A stretch of DNA of 63,987 bases, filler included, from Dimargaris cristalligena (GCA_003614675.1; 3 parts of 3 records of this genome joined end to end with filler, not necessarily neighbours in it), one strand, 5' to 3'; positions 12,281-25,140 are shown, counted from the first letter of the whole stretch. Numbers and translations are program-made. Notes: generated by a model not told the origin, from the sequence alone.

Positions 12281-13669
12281 CTAGTTATTGTTTCTTGGAG
12301 TATTACTGCTTGAATTTATAACGGAGTTATTATTTTCCAAAATGAAATTTCTCGGATTCGCGCTAAAGTTGTTACTTAAAAAAAATCGTCGAACAATGCC
12401 GTTGAGAAATTCGACTTGACCCGGAAACCATGGCGGCTGGCTATTGTACTGCAAGGGACCTACGAATGCCTGCGACTCAATCTTGAAAAAGGTACTGGTG
12501 TGATAATGGAGCATATACCTTCCTTCCGATCCGTCTAGCGCGCGAGCCACCAGCTCCATTTGAAGAGCCTGTAATCCCAAATTATTACGTACAAAGTATC
12601 TATACGCTACCTTGATCAATTCGGTTTCTACCCGCTCGAAATCCCGTAGACGGATTTCGAATGGGAGCATTTCCTGTGGGCCGGGGTCCGGGTGGGCAGA
12701 CATCATGAACTGATACAGTCGACCCAGGGTTCCCGGATATAGCCCCGTGGGTTCCTCCAAGTCGGGATTAAGGCCTGGTCCACCATCGGGCCGGGCCCAG
12801 AGTCGAATGGACCCGACCCAGGTGCCCACATAGGCAAGTGCTTCGTTGTTTGAAAGGGGGCATGTCAGATGAAAATGCACAATGTCATTCCTCGATAGAT
12901 TCCAGGGAATCGCGCGAAATCGGTCAATAGCTGAAAACCCAACCAGGGCCAGAACGTCGGGGGACCTGTTAATGAACTTCCTTAGTGCCCCAAATGTCCG
13001 GGGCAGTTGAGAACTAAATGAATTGATAATATTATCAACAATAATCACCAGTTTGAAGTTCCGGTTTGAAAGTTGTAATTGCACATGTTGGAATAATTCC
13101 AACAATTTACCACCAAAGTGATGTTTAAAAGATAATTTACCGGTCGTGGTTGGGGATTCGGAGGACTGGTGCCTCCGAATAAACATTTCTATAGCCCGAA
13201 TTATAGTCATAATAGAATCAATATCAAAAAAACAAATGGCCAACTCCCTCAGGAAGTCCAAGTAACAAAGATAAAAACCGTGTACTTCGTTTAAAGAAGA
13301 AACCATCGGAAAATAAAGCACCCGATAACCCCTACTTCGCAAACGGACTTGAATCATATAAAGGATGCAGCTTAAGCCACTTCCCCAAGTACCGTGGTAG
13401 TGAATAGTAGGGAGGATAGCTGAGCCTGTTTCTGCGCCAAGTGGTAAAACCAACTCAATATATTCATATAGTCGCTGCCATACGGCGAATCTGGGAATAA
13501 GCGGACATTGTTCCCCAAGGGAGGAGAGGGTAGGAGGGGGTAAGAATGGCGTGAACCGGGGAATGGGATAGCAAGGCACCATTAGAAGCTGTTGGAGGGG
13601 GTCTTGCGAGACGCTTCTGCAGATGCCGTGGTACTGTTGGCTGGTAGCTGCCAGGTTGTTAATGGACAT
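12281..13669 (-). CDS. Hypothetical protein with a degenerate P-loop NTPase-like domain (Crinkler-associated type); start uncertain, possibly a small upstream exon at 13812-13803
   Basis: 462-aa ORF; IHYHGTWGSGLS (Walker A-like with K replaced by L) followed by GYRVLYFP, and later LVIIVDN (Walker B-like). Confidence 0.55.
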   Translation of the reverse strand: MSINNLAATSQQYHGICRSVSQDPLQQLLMVPCYPIPRFTPFLPPPTLSSLGEQCPLIPRFAVWQRLYEYIELVLPLGAETGSAILPTIHYHGTWGSGLSCILYMIQVRLRSRGYRVLYFPMVSSLNEVHGFYLCYLDFLRELAICFFDIDSIMTIIRAIEMFIRRHQSSESPTTTGKLSFKHHFGGKLLELFQHVQLQLSNRNFKLVIIVDNIINSFSSQLPRTFGALRKFINRSPDVLALVGFSAIDRFRAIPWNLSRNDIVHFHLTCPLSNNEALAYVGTWVGSIRLWARPDGGPGLNPDLEEPTGLYPGTLGRLYQFMMSAHPDPGPQEMLPFEIRLRDFERVETELIKVAYRYFVRNNLGLQALQMELVARALDGSEGRYMLHYHTSTFFKIESQAFVGPLQYNSQPPWFPGQVEFLNGIVRRFFLSNNFSANPRNFILENNNSVINSSSNTPRNNN

Positions 13670-16600
13670 AATGTCGAGGCTGGGATCTGTGTGGTTCGAT
13701 AATGAGAAATTCTAAAAATAGATATTAGATCCCGTGTACACTCATTTTTAATTTGTTCAATATTTATTTGGTCGATTATATTTCCTACAATGCTAAACTT
13801 ACCGAAGGCCATTGAAGCTGCTATATTTAGTTGGGCAATTGAAGTGGGTGGCGAGTTGAATTTTTAATTAATAAACAATATGCCGGAATAGGGGATAAGT
13901 AAGAGTATGCCTGATTATATAGGATGAAAATGAATCGGAGTAGTTATAGGGTATATAAGTCGAGAGTTCGCTGCGATTTATAGCCAGGGTGTGATAGGCG
14001 CATTCCTAGAAGCAGGACACGGCTTAACTGGCCCACTTGCAACCGACTTCCGCAGAATCCTCTGGGTGTAGGCTGGAAAATAGCTTTGAAACACATATTT
14101 GATCCTTTTAGAAGCCAAATGGGACGCTGTGGTAGGACTTGAAACTACTTAGTCACTTATAGTAAACCGCAATATTCCTTTATTATTGCATTCTATTTTT
14201 ATATCCTTTTATCAGTGAAGTCCCGAATTATCATTTTATAGCCTTGCAATATCATAGCAAGTGAGAGACACACCAAATACTACTTGCATTTATATTTGAT
14301 ATCATCATTAGCTAGATATATTCGTAAACTTGTTATTATTAATCAATTCGAGTAGTAATACTATGTAGGTTGGACTTCAACCACTTCCTAAGTATAACTA
14401 CCTTTAGGAATCACAGCTCTTAATAAAACATCTCTTTTCCATCCCTCTGAACGGTACCGGTAGTTTTGCCTACAGTTGTATTAGTTATTCCTAAGGTTCG
14501 ATTTTACTTCATCTTCAATTTGATTGTAAGGTATTTACGCCTATTATTGCTATTGGTATTATATCTGCTCTACCACACCACAACAGGGATATACATCCCA
14601 TGAGTATCCAATTTGGCAGTGTTGGGTAATAAATGATAGGCAGGAGGGCCTAAGAAATCAATAACTCACTTCCCGAAGTGGATACAGGGGTCGAACTGGG
14701 ACGACTCCACAAAATGGCAAATTCTTTCAATCATAGCCTTTGATATGTCAATGAGTGATGGGTACCTTGGTCGTCATAGAAATACTGCCACACTCACTCC
14801 ATCTTTTCCCATTGGCCTTGAAATTCGCTATATTAAAAGAAGGCTATGTGAAACCGCCCGCCGACTTGACTTGGAAAGCACGATAAGCATCATTATAACC
14901 CCCTACGATGCCAATGGATTACCCCAGGCAGTTGCCACGAGAATACATGACTAAGAGACCGAGATTGCCTCGAATTTATCGGTGTGATATATACTTGTAG
15001 TACCGTAGAATGTTCCATTTCTCCGGGGTTGTTCTGCTTACCATATCAATTACTTATATTTGGCATATCAGTACCAGGGGTTAGAATGCATCTTGTCAAG
15101 ACTCGCACCTTCTGTTAAAACCACTATAGTATAGTCTCGGGATATCAATAATCACCTATACAATGAACCCCCACCTGCATTTGATGGCTATTGTTGAGCG
15201 ATTACCAACTTTACTATGGATAGTCGAAAACTGATCATTCCGCCGTGTACTTCTGCTCACTGAAAGTGGCGTCTATTCATCAGGTACGTACGCATACCGT
15301 TAGACCACACGTAGCTACTATAATATTGGAAGTATCTTACTTTTTTTGTTTTACTTGGATTTTCGACCATTGTATTATTTGAAATATTGTTTAGTTGCTC
15401 TCGCTAATGTTTTATTGGTTGGCACCAGCGGTCTTGGGGCTTTTGGCTGTGCTCTTTATCATATATTGCGGCCCGGCTATACCCACCATATATGATGCCG
15501 TGACTAGATCCCCCTGCCTAATTCACTAAACCCCTCTATGTACATATACACTAATCCTATCAGCATCAGGGACATTGGGTCTTTATGTTGCCATCTTAAC
15601 AGTGCCTACTTATTCTTAGGGATGCCACTCTCATCAGGTTACCAAACCTAACTGAAAAGCCTAAGTAAACAAGTGACATTCTTATTTTTGCTACTTGTAA
15701 TGGTTTTATTCCTGATAAAACCCAAATACATAAGTTGGACATGGGTTGTTATATAAGTTAATTTAATTGTGTTCATTAACAGGAGACTGAGGTTGGGGAA
15801 ACGCGCTTAATATTGCGCTGGTAAGAAAGAGAATAATGGGCACCCTGGTCTCTATGAGACACACTTGGTGTGAAATAATATAGTAAAGCGATACTCCCGG
15901 ATCGGGCTCGTTTTTTGGAGGCATTGCAATGATATAACCCAATACGTACACATTCTTCGGGGCACCTCTGACCCATATGAACACAGGTAGTAGACCTGCT
16001 CCCCTGTCCATCCTATTTCGTGGGAGGTGGGTATTTACTATTGTGCATATGCATTGCCGTGCTCTGATAGACCATCGACGAGGCCATACAGGCTATTCCA
16101 AAGTATGTTATCGTGAGTAGTATTTACCCGGGTTTTATATTGATGTCTATAAGAAGGGTTTATCACAGCAATATGCGATTAATACATGGAACCAGGTACC
16201 CTAAACTTGACCAACTGAATGAATGTGTATTAGAGTCTGAAGCTTTTGATAGATAGTGCTATAATCGAAACTTGGTATTGGGCGATACTACTGATTAATC
16301 ACCTTCATGGCAGGAGAGTCACCTTACATTATGGTGTTGGTACTTCATATACAGGCTGGTGAAAATAAACATCACTACGATGAGCGACCTCTCTTCAATT
16401 CTGAAATACCACTCTAGTTTGATTGGTTGTCACTTCATTTCATCTCAAACAGTATCGGTTCCTCAATGAATGTACACAATTTGGTTCCCCGTATAACCAC
16501 ATCACGCGTGTGTCAGTCCCACTGCCTAGGCTACGCAATTCAAGCAGGAGGGGGGGCTCTTTATCATTGAGGTCATGTGACCTGTATGAGTTTGGATGGG

Positions 16601-18196
16601 TCTGGACTAATTTTTAGTAATGATTTATTTTTTTCTAGGCCCAATGGCACAGTAATTGCCGTACCTCCCCCCCTCCCCTCGTGCTTGCAATTTAGATAAA
16701 TACACGATTGTGAGGCCAGCATGGTATCCAGTATCCTTGTTTTCCTTACTTAGTTATTTTCGTTTCACCGCCCATTTTCTCTGTATTCCAGAGCTACAGT
16801 TACTTGGTAAGTTATCTCACTCTGGCTAGTTGCAATTAATACGGTTGTGGATATGATGCCAAATGTACTATCACCAGTCTGTCAATCGACTGAATATAGT
16901 GGACCTATAACTTGTGTTGAGACGATAGTTGGCGGTGGCAGCACTCGCCCTGATCCTTTTTATGATGTTTCGGTTGATATTATTGAACCAGACACTCTGC
17001 GAATCCATGGCTAATCGTACGTTTCTCCTGATTCCTACTTGTTATCCATTTGTTTCTAGGTTACAGATCATATTGCGATGGCTCCGCGACCGCATACATA
17101 TTTATTGGTTAATATTTTATAATAAATTGTTTAAAAGAATCCTGTTGTTCAGCAGAAGTTGGAGGTGGTGTTTGAAAATGGCGTTGTGGTGCGTCTTCTG
17201 ATAGTGGAGGAATAAATAATAGGTCATGCGATTACCTCGAGTTAACACGTGATCAAGGGGTACTCAATGATTATGCACCAGAGGATGGTTGGGGGGACCT
17301 CATCTATGGATGACGGCTTGGCTTCATGAGCGCTGAGAAAGATTGGTGACCCTGGTAAAAATGCCGGATAGATAAACTAGTCCATCTATTAAGTGGGTGT
17401 TGGAGCTGGGAAGGGCTGCTAAGAAAGTGGCAAAGGTGATATTGATTATGGAGATATAACCCGGGGGGAACCCCAAGGCTTGGGGGCGTGTTTTATTCGT
17501 GATGGGAGAGTGAGCTGATACTGGAGGTATCCCAGCACTTGTAGGAATGGCAGGTCTAATAGGAGAGGGCTGTGTATGCCTGGGCAGTAACTGAGCTAAG
17601 TATGCGTGCAATGGGGCCATTTCAACTAAGCTATACAGAGAGACGACCTGAAGGAGATTGGCTCAATAACTGGTTGTGCAGCTCGGCCTCTGATTCCGGC
17701 CAGTTTCCCTGCACTGAAGTAAATCGGGTCTGCTCCTTATTTAACTGGGCAAGGAGGTTGTTGCGCTCCACGGGCCCAACAAGAGCCCCTGGCGAAGTCA
17801 TGTTCTCAAGCACAAGAAACATAGTAGGAATAGTCCACTAGACTATATACGCATCATAGAATAAATTCTTCCCCAACCGCGGGCAACCCAGACCTATACT
17901 CTGCTAGGTATGGTGGGGTTCTCCTCCTCTACTCAGTGGGCCACGTCGCCCACCAGCCAACCAACTAACCAGTCTGCTACTGGCTTTGGTACCCTACTCT
18001 CACTATTTGTCGTGAATTTGACCCCCAGTAGAGCTCCCCTTTGATTCACTTGTTGATGGGCTTTGATCCAACTAACCAGCTAACTAACTACTGAGTACCC
18101 CGTACTTTCCACTGGATTCTCTTCCGTACTTCTGGAACCCTCTTCTTCCTGAACCATTCCCTTTTAACATACCCCTCCTCCTCCTATATTTCCATC

Positions 18197-18721
18197 ATGT
18201 CTGTTGCCCGTTCCGCCGCCGCCAAGATCAACTGGTCGAAGCTCAATTCCGGCCTTCTCCTGAAGCAGGAGACCACCGCTGCTCTGGCCACCTTCCGCAA
18301 GCGTTTCGACGAAACCCAGCGCCAGCTGAATCAGCTCCGCGAACAAAAGACCGATGTTGACTTTGCCCATTACCGGTCCACCCTCAAGAACAAGGCCGTG
18401 GTTGACCGGCTCCAGGGCGCCCTGCAGGCCCAAAAGGCCGTCCCCTATGACCTGGCCGGCCAGCTGAAGGTGATTGGCGCTTTCGAGGCCAAGGCCGTGG
18501 AGAAGGCCCAGGCTACCGCCGGGCAGGTGGACGCCAACTTGTCCGACTTGAAGGCCGCTCTGCAGAATATCGACACTGCGCGTCCCGTCGAAGACATCAC
18601 CCTGGATGACGTCTCCAAGATTTTCCCCGAATTCGAAAAGGAGGTCGAGGAGGCCGTCAAGAAGGGCGAATGGTACACCCCTGGCTACGACGAGAAGTTC
18701 GGCAGTCTGTCCCTCCTCTAA
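18197..18721 (+). CDS. ATP7: Mitochondrial F1Fo ATP synthase subunit d
   Basis: MSVARSAAAKINWSKL, VDFAHYRSTLKN, LQNIDTARPVEDITLDDV, KKGEWYTPGYDEKFGSLSLL; strong codon bias; intronless. Confidence 0.97.
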   Translation: MSVARSAAAKINWSKLNSGLLLKQETTAALATFRKRFDETQRQLNQLREQKTDVDFAHYRSTLKNKAVVDRLQGALQAQKAVPYDLAGQLKVIGAFEAKAVEKAQATAGQVDANLSDLKAALQNIDTARPVEDITLDDVSKIFPEFEKEVEEAVKKGEWYTPGYDEKFGSLSLL

Positions 18722-19372
18722 GTGTGGTCGTCTCCCTCTCTCCCTTTCCGGCTTACACTATATCCCTGCGCCGGTTGAGTTGGCCTGGTGGGCTGTCTCG
18801 AAGAAACGTGTGCCAAGGGGGACATCCGCCGCCCTCGCTGTTCTCTCACCCCCTCTCCCTCGATACTCCGTTGGCCTATTTATATGAGTCCCCTCCCCAG
18901 GTTGTTTATCTTTAAAACTCCATCGGGGCCAGAACCGGACCTGAAACTGCAATAAATAGATTTATCTTAAATACCATTTCCCAATTGATATGCCAAATTT
19001 TCTCCATAGAATACTTTCACCCTAGTTGTTAGGGCCCTCGACTCTATTAATGTAACCCCCATGCTCCATATACAACTATTGGCATTAAGCGGAAGATTAA
19101 TTATTACCCAAGGGGCTGGCTGGAGATGTAAACAATCCAAAGGAATCATCAAAAGATTATATAAGGGGTAAAAAAATCAAACCAAAGCCGCTTCTCTTCT
19201 TGAATTCCAACGACATATACCGCCTAGTGACTACTGTTGAACTCACTCTGGTTACAGGGCTATATTTTTCGGTCGTATCCATTGCGCGTTTCTTTTATTT
19301 TTTTTCAAGTGCCTCCTCCATACTTTATTTTCTCCAACTCCTACTCCTACTCCAGCTACTACTCCCTCCGCC

Positions 19373-22141
19373 ATGGCAGCCCGGCACTTCCCCACCCATG
19401 ACTCCATCCTCCAGCACATTCACACCCTAGCCGCCTCTCTGAGCGCCCACCACCAAAGTGCCCAGCTCAACCGCCTGGTCGAAACCGAGTGGCTGCCCAT
19501 TGCCCGGGGCCTCCACCGCTTCGGCGACTATGAATCATGCGAAGTCTTTCTCAACGAGTACCTCGACCTATTCCCCTTTAGCGTAACCGCCCATACTCTG
19601 TTACAGCGGACCCTCGAGGCCCAGGGCCGGTACGCCGAGGCCTGCTTCACCTTAGAGAAAGGGTTAACCGTTCTGGAAGAGGGTGGTTCGGTGACGGTCC
19701 AGCTGCGCCCGTTGGTACGCGAGGCGATACCGCTGTATATTCGGGCCATTGAACAAACCGAGGACCTAAGTCAGATTCAGAGGTATTACCAACGGTGTTT
19801 GGCCCACGTTCGGACGATTCGGAAATTAGGCGGCGGGCGGCCGTGTCCCCACCATTATAATCATCAGCATCAGCCACTTGCTTCCCCCCTGAATGACCAG
19901 TCCCCGCCGCCATTACTGGAGGGGCGCCGGGGGGTTTCCGCTACGAAAGCGAATAGATTCTCGAAAGACAAGAAACCTACGCCCCCGAGTGCGGTCGCAC
20001 CTTCCGTTTTGCTCGGAACCCTCAACGACAGTGGCGATGGCGATGCCAATGGAGATGGCGAAGAGGACGACGACAACGACAACGGAACCTCCCTCGATGT
20101 ATGCCAATTGGTCGTTCTGCATACTATCTTACGCAAACGGCCCAAGTTCCCCATCTGCCCCGAACTCTTCCTGGGCCCCGGGGAAGTACCTGCTGACCAG
20201 AACGACCAAATATACTACCTCGAATACTTAGCCACCCGCCGGGAGTGGGTGCCCTATTTCCAGTTAGTGCACGCCTCGGTTATGGTTAACGGGCACCGTG
20301 TCGGATGGCTGCAAGCCTTCCTGGCCCTACACAGCAGTCAGGTCAATCCGGTCTTGGAAGCGCAGCGCGCCCAAAAACGCCCCCCGTCGTCCGCTCGCAA
20401 ATGCCCCTCCGATCCCCCCATTCCCAACTACCCCGCCCAGTATGCGGTACGTTACGCCTCCGATGTTCTCCTGGCCACCCATTATCTGACCCGGCTCTAT
20501 TTCTGGGGACCCTGCGGGGACATTACCCACTCACCCGCCACCGCCGGTGAAGGATCAGCGGCTGCCCCCCAGCGGATTATGCAGGCCTACCAACGGGTTA
20601 TTGATACGTTCCGGTGGCCCCAGTTTCGGACGGAGGCCGACCAACGTATCTGGTCGGCATGGCGCCAGGAACATACCGGGTGGGCGGATTTCCTGACCAC
20701 CCTCATTCCGGTTCGAAACCTCTTGACCCCCACCGACGACTTGGGCGAATGGGGGGAGGACCCCTCACTCCCTGTGGGAGAATCGACCAGCGACCCTACC
20801 CCCTCACCTTCCGCTATCCCCCCGAAATCCGTCCCCGTTATCAGTCACGAAATAGTAGTGCAAGTGGTCCAAAAGCTGCGCCCCCAAATCGGGGATGCGC
20901 CAAATAAGAACCCACCACCGACCCATTTCTCCGATAACGAGTTCCTCCAGCCCCCCCTGGCGGGGGCCTGGCGTAATTATGCCCCTCATTTACGCGCCAC
21001 TCGCTACCTGCGCATCCTAGACGCGGTCGGCCAACTCTTGGCTTATCTAAACCAAATCGTCCCCCGCCCCTTGATTGATGACCGGGCTGAACCCCCGGGT
21101 GCCCTGGCCTGGTATCCCGTGCTATTAGCCGATTCACCTATTTTTCAAGAAGCGGTGACTTTGGCCATGACCCAATCCGCCTCGACCGGGACCGGCAAAC
21201 TACCAGCATCCCAAACCGCTCGGACCGCTCTTTTAGTAAAGACCGCTGCTGCTGCTCGAAAACCGGCCAAGGCTACTACCAACAGCACTAGCACTGCACT
21301 TGCCCCTGCTCCTGCCGCATCGTTGGCACCGCCTTCGGCATTATCCCCCACGGAAATACTAGAATCATTACTATTGACCCAACTGCACACCTGGGCCCGT
21401 CTAAGCTGGGATTTGCCCATCAATCGTCGATTGGTTCCCTTTCGGGCCGTTTACCGGCTGTTGCGGCATACACCGATTCAGCGATTAGGTCTCGAATGGC
21501 TCGTGACCCGGTCCCGGCCTACAACCGCTTCGACCGAACCAACTTGGCGGCTATCTTCCAATCACCCTAAAGCTACCGGTACCGCCACTGTTGCAATTAG
21601 TAATCCTGCCCCAGGCCAATCGAAGATTCCCACTGACCCAGCTAATCAACCGACCAAGGATATCTGGACCTCCCTTATGAAGATTCTGAAAGTGGCGGAA
21701 GAGAAAATCAAAGAAGGGGATGGAAAATGTGAATTTGGGGCCCAATTACAACAACTCTGGGACATTTTACTCCTACCCGGTATAACGGTAAGTGAATGCC
21801 TAAATGGGTACCTTGTACTCCTCCACGTATACTATTAATCAGCCATGTTGAAGCAACTCGCCTTCCAGTGGACTATGTCTTTGTATTAATCTAAAGGCAG
21901 TAGACTAGATTCAGCCCATCCTTTGGTAATGGACGACTATACCTGGTACCCACAACCTACTTGTATAACTGTGTATCTTTTGCTATCATACTCACATGGG
22001 TTTACTTATGCATTTAATCCGTACATACATCATTTATTCCCCTCCCTTTTATAACATGTTCACCTCGTTCGACAGTCGTCGGATCTTGAATCGGACCCAC
22101 ATACCCAGGAACTCCTAATCAATCTTTTATCAGCACATTGA
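19373..22141 (+). CDS. Large alpha-helical protein with N-terminal TPR-like repeats (~826 aa), possibly Nup358/RanBP2 N-terminal-domain-like; exons 19373-21787 and 22076-22141
   Basis: 821-codon ORF; TPR-like segment IARGLHRFGDYESCEVFLNEYL...AHTLLQRTLEAQGRYAEA. GTAAGT donor at 21788 and gacAG acceptor at 22075 give an in-frame terminal exon SSDLESDPHTQELLINLLSAH*. Confidence 0.7.
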
Positions 22142-23152
22142 TTTTAAGGGCGCCCGGTGGCCTTGATGACTCTACATTAGGCCTGCTTAGGTGCACGGGT
22201 TAACGGGGTGTTATTATCTTCAATAAATAATGGGCTGTGCAGTATCTGAGAAAGCGTGGTGCAGCAGTAAATACGGTTATCAATTCTCGGTTCGTCTATT
22301 CAGGCCACCGCTGGCAGCCGGTTTGTCCTATTTCTATTTTATATGTTCCATTAATTCTTACTGTATTCCTTATATTATATCGGAATGGTTCTTTCCTTTA
22401 CTTACATCCCTATTACTATTTACCTATTTTTTTAAATAAAGGGGCTTAATTGGATCATGCTTTATAGCTTAATTCTACTGGTTGGAATGAGCCAAAGTGG
22501 TCCCCATCTCCTCGATCCTATTCATTTGAGAAAGTAGACTGGCAAAATATATACTGGTTCAGCCGCTAATTTTCCCAGCTACTTTGTCGCCTGGCCGGAT
22601 TTTCATAGCTAGCTAAAGAATTAAGGTTCCTTCGTTTACATTACTCATTTCCTTTTATTCCTGCCCATATCCCCCATTCCATTGTTTATCACAGTACCTA
22701 CCCAAATAATTACCCCACGTGAACGGGGTAGTATTTGCTTATAACACTAAGTTACATAAACCCCAATGACCAAGTTATTCTCCGCCATAAAGTCGGATTA
22801 TCCGCTGGGATACTGATCCTATTGTTTAATTGGGAAGAGAGAAAAATACGGCAGTACACCAGACCCCAAAATAATATTACAATTAGCCTGCCGCGCTATT
22901 CTCCCGCCACTTATACGCCATCCAACCTCCCCGTCTTTTCGAGTGACCCACATTACCCCCCCCCCCACCCCAACCCAACCTCAGCCTCCATCTGAATACT
23001 TCCTATTTGTCCCAACTATATGGCCGTACATCAATGTCCGACTGCAATTTAAGGTGAATTCGCCTGTCCGTCCGATAATTTCAATGCGATATACTGGAGG
23101 CTTAAAAGTGCCATTAATCTTCTTACTGGTGTGCCGGTTGAGGCAATTTATA

Positions 23153-23204
23153 TGGGTGAAGTTCAGCTTGGCTGTATAAGAGTTTAACTGATATGTGTAT
23201 GGGA
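23153..23204 (+). mobile_element. MITE copy 3 (diverged, truncated by assembly gap)
   Basis: TA|TGGGTGAAGTTCAGCTTGGCTGTATAAGAGTTT...ATATGTGTATGGGA matches the left end of copy 2 and runs into the N gap. Confidence 0.7.
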
Positions 23205-23304
23205 NNNNNNNNNNNNNNNNNNNNNNNNNNNNNNNNNNNNNNNNNNNNTTAATTAATTAANNNNNNNNNNNNNNNNNNNNNNNNNNNNNNNNNNNNNNNN
23301 NNNN
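23205..23304. other. Assembly gap (100 bp, N run with TTAATTAATTAA spacer)
   Basis: N run with a central all-frame stop linker. Confidence 0.98.
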
Positions 23305-24216
23305 GAGAGAGGACAAATAAGGAGGTGAGGTGTTAGTGGTGGGGGGGGGGGGGGGGGGGGTCTCAAGTGCTTCTTGACAATCCACCTGGAAATACCACCA
23401 GGTGTATATTGCCATGGAGAGTCACACATCTGAGTATGAGCCTGGGAGACTGGGGCGGACAGGAGAAGCGGGTACCATCTAAACTAGCCTGTTCCCGAAC
23501 ACCATTCTTATTTACTTCTCTCGAACAGGACTTTTCCCGCTGGCCACATGGGTTGTCCGGTGGTGAAGGTAACTCACAAACTAATCCTTTCTACACCAAG
23601 CAAAATAAACTGCAATTACCACGCCCCATCGGAGCCTACTTATACGTATACGACGAGGGGGTGGTGGTTAAGATAGCTGGAGGAAAGGCAGCCCTTGGTA
23701 TTTATTTTGTTGGTCCTTGGAGCCTGGGTAGTATGCTCAAAATGTGGCGAGATCACAGTTCCTGTGAGCGGTCGTGGAGCACGTCCCCGAGCTTACGACC
23801 CACTGTAATCAAGGTGTTAAAAGTTGGTGACTTAACAATCTATCCCCCATTTCTCGACCGGGAAAGAATGGTGTAAATGATTCCTTCGGAGTCATCATAT
23901 ACTAAGTATCTATTAGAATCCACGAGAGGACCGGATATTGCACACGCAACTGGGTCCGTTCTACATTTCCCTCAAATGCCTCATGTCAAAAATAAACAAA
24001 GTAAATGCCTCGATAACCGACGGCTGAGCTTTCCCAGATCACCAGTTAAATAGACCCTCGCAAGACTACATCGGTTTATGCAACATTTTACCAACCACTC
24101 TCAATAACCACGCCAATATCCACTAATATTACCGTCCTACTAAACTACACCTCGCCCCCCTCCACGCCTCGTTGTCTCTTAGTCCCATTCCAACCAACCA
24201 ACCCACTTCCAATACC

Positions 24217-24660
24217 ATGAAACTCGCCTACACCGCGATTATCCTGGCCCTCACGGCTTTGACTGCCACCGCTTGGACCGCCGCGCCGGTAACTGGTCGG
24301 TCCTCAGTGTCTCCCCATATCACCGGGGCTGCCGAAGATGTGGATGTGGACATCGCTGACAACAACAACGACGATGGCTCCCCCTTTGTGGCCGTGGCGG
24401 AGTCGTCCCGTATCTGCCGCCGCTGCTCCCCCGCCCATTTCTGGGACGGGCGCTGCCACACGTGTGAGCGGGACTTCTTTTGGGACCGCCGTTGCCACAA
24501 CTGCCCCCGTCGCCACTTCCGTAATGGCCGCTGCCAGCGCTGCCCCCGCCGCCACTTCTGGGATCGCCGTTGTCATGGGTGTAAGCGTGACAATTTCTGG
24601 AACGGGAGTTGCCGTGGCTGCCGTCGAGTCGGTTTGACTGAGGATAATAGCGAGGACTAA
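24217..24660 (+). CDS. Small secreted cysteine/arginine-rich tandem-repeat protein (147 aa)
   Basis: Signal peptide MKLAYTAIILALTALTATAWTA, acidic pro-like segment, then five 13-aa repeats C-x4-F-W/R-D/N-x-R-C-x2 (24424-24618). Confidence 0.85.
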   Translation: MKLAYTAIILALTALTATAWTAAPVTGRSSVSPHITGAAEDVDVDIADNNNDDGSPFVAVAESSRICRRCSPAHFWDGRCHTCERDFFWDRRCHNCPRRHFRNGRCQRCPRRHFWDRRCHGCKRDNFWNGSCRGCRRVGLTEDNSED

Positions 24661-25140
24661 ATCAATAGGCCACTATCCCCATCGCAAACGAGGAGTAGTA
24701 TATACCCATTATTGGCCCAGACTAACTAACTCCGTCCCAGTAGCCCCGACGTCCCCATACTGATTCAATTCCTTAGCTAACCCTTGCTCCTGAATACCAG
24801 CAGGCCCTTGCATCTGAACTTCTATTCTTTTCACCCATGCCTTGCTGCACTACTTGCAATAATGATTATAGCAATAAACCTATTTGAAAAAAAAACCACT
24901 CACATCCCCGTGCCATATTACACTAAGGTAGGGCCTCGACAATATTCTATTGGAAGAAAATCCAATTAACTGGATCAATATAATCGCCTAATATTTATAA
25001 TCTAAATGGACTGTCGATGGTTATTCAGCAGATGCAAGTATTTATCTACAATGCGAATGAATAGAACACGGTATTAACAAACTAACCGGTTATGGAAGAG
25101 CGAGGGAAGTCCAATAGGAAAATGAAATAAAACCATCCAA

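Noticed and set aside
14000-18100. Long gene-free interval with short ORFs, possibly decayed transposon or pseudogene sequence
   Set aside because: No recognisable transposase, RT or other protein motif, and no repeat partner found by eye.
23249-23260. Palindromic TTAATTAATTAA inside the N run (also 46552-46563)
   Set aside because: Identical linker centred in both 100-bp gaps, with stops in all frames; a scaffolding artefact.
23367-23876. 169-aa ORF next to the gap
   Set aside because: GTG start, no recognisable motif or codon bias; adjacent to poly-G and the gap.
24424-24618. Regularly spaced repeats as a possible CRISPR-like array
   Set aside because: 39-nt in-frame coding repeats with no unique spacers; eukaryotic context.
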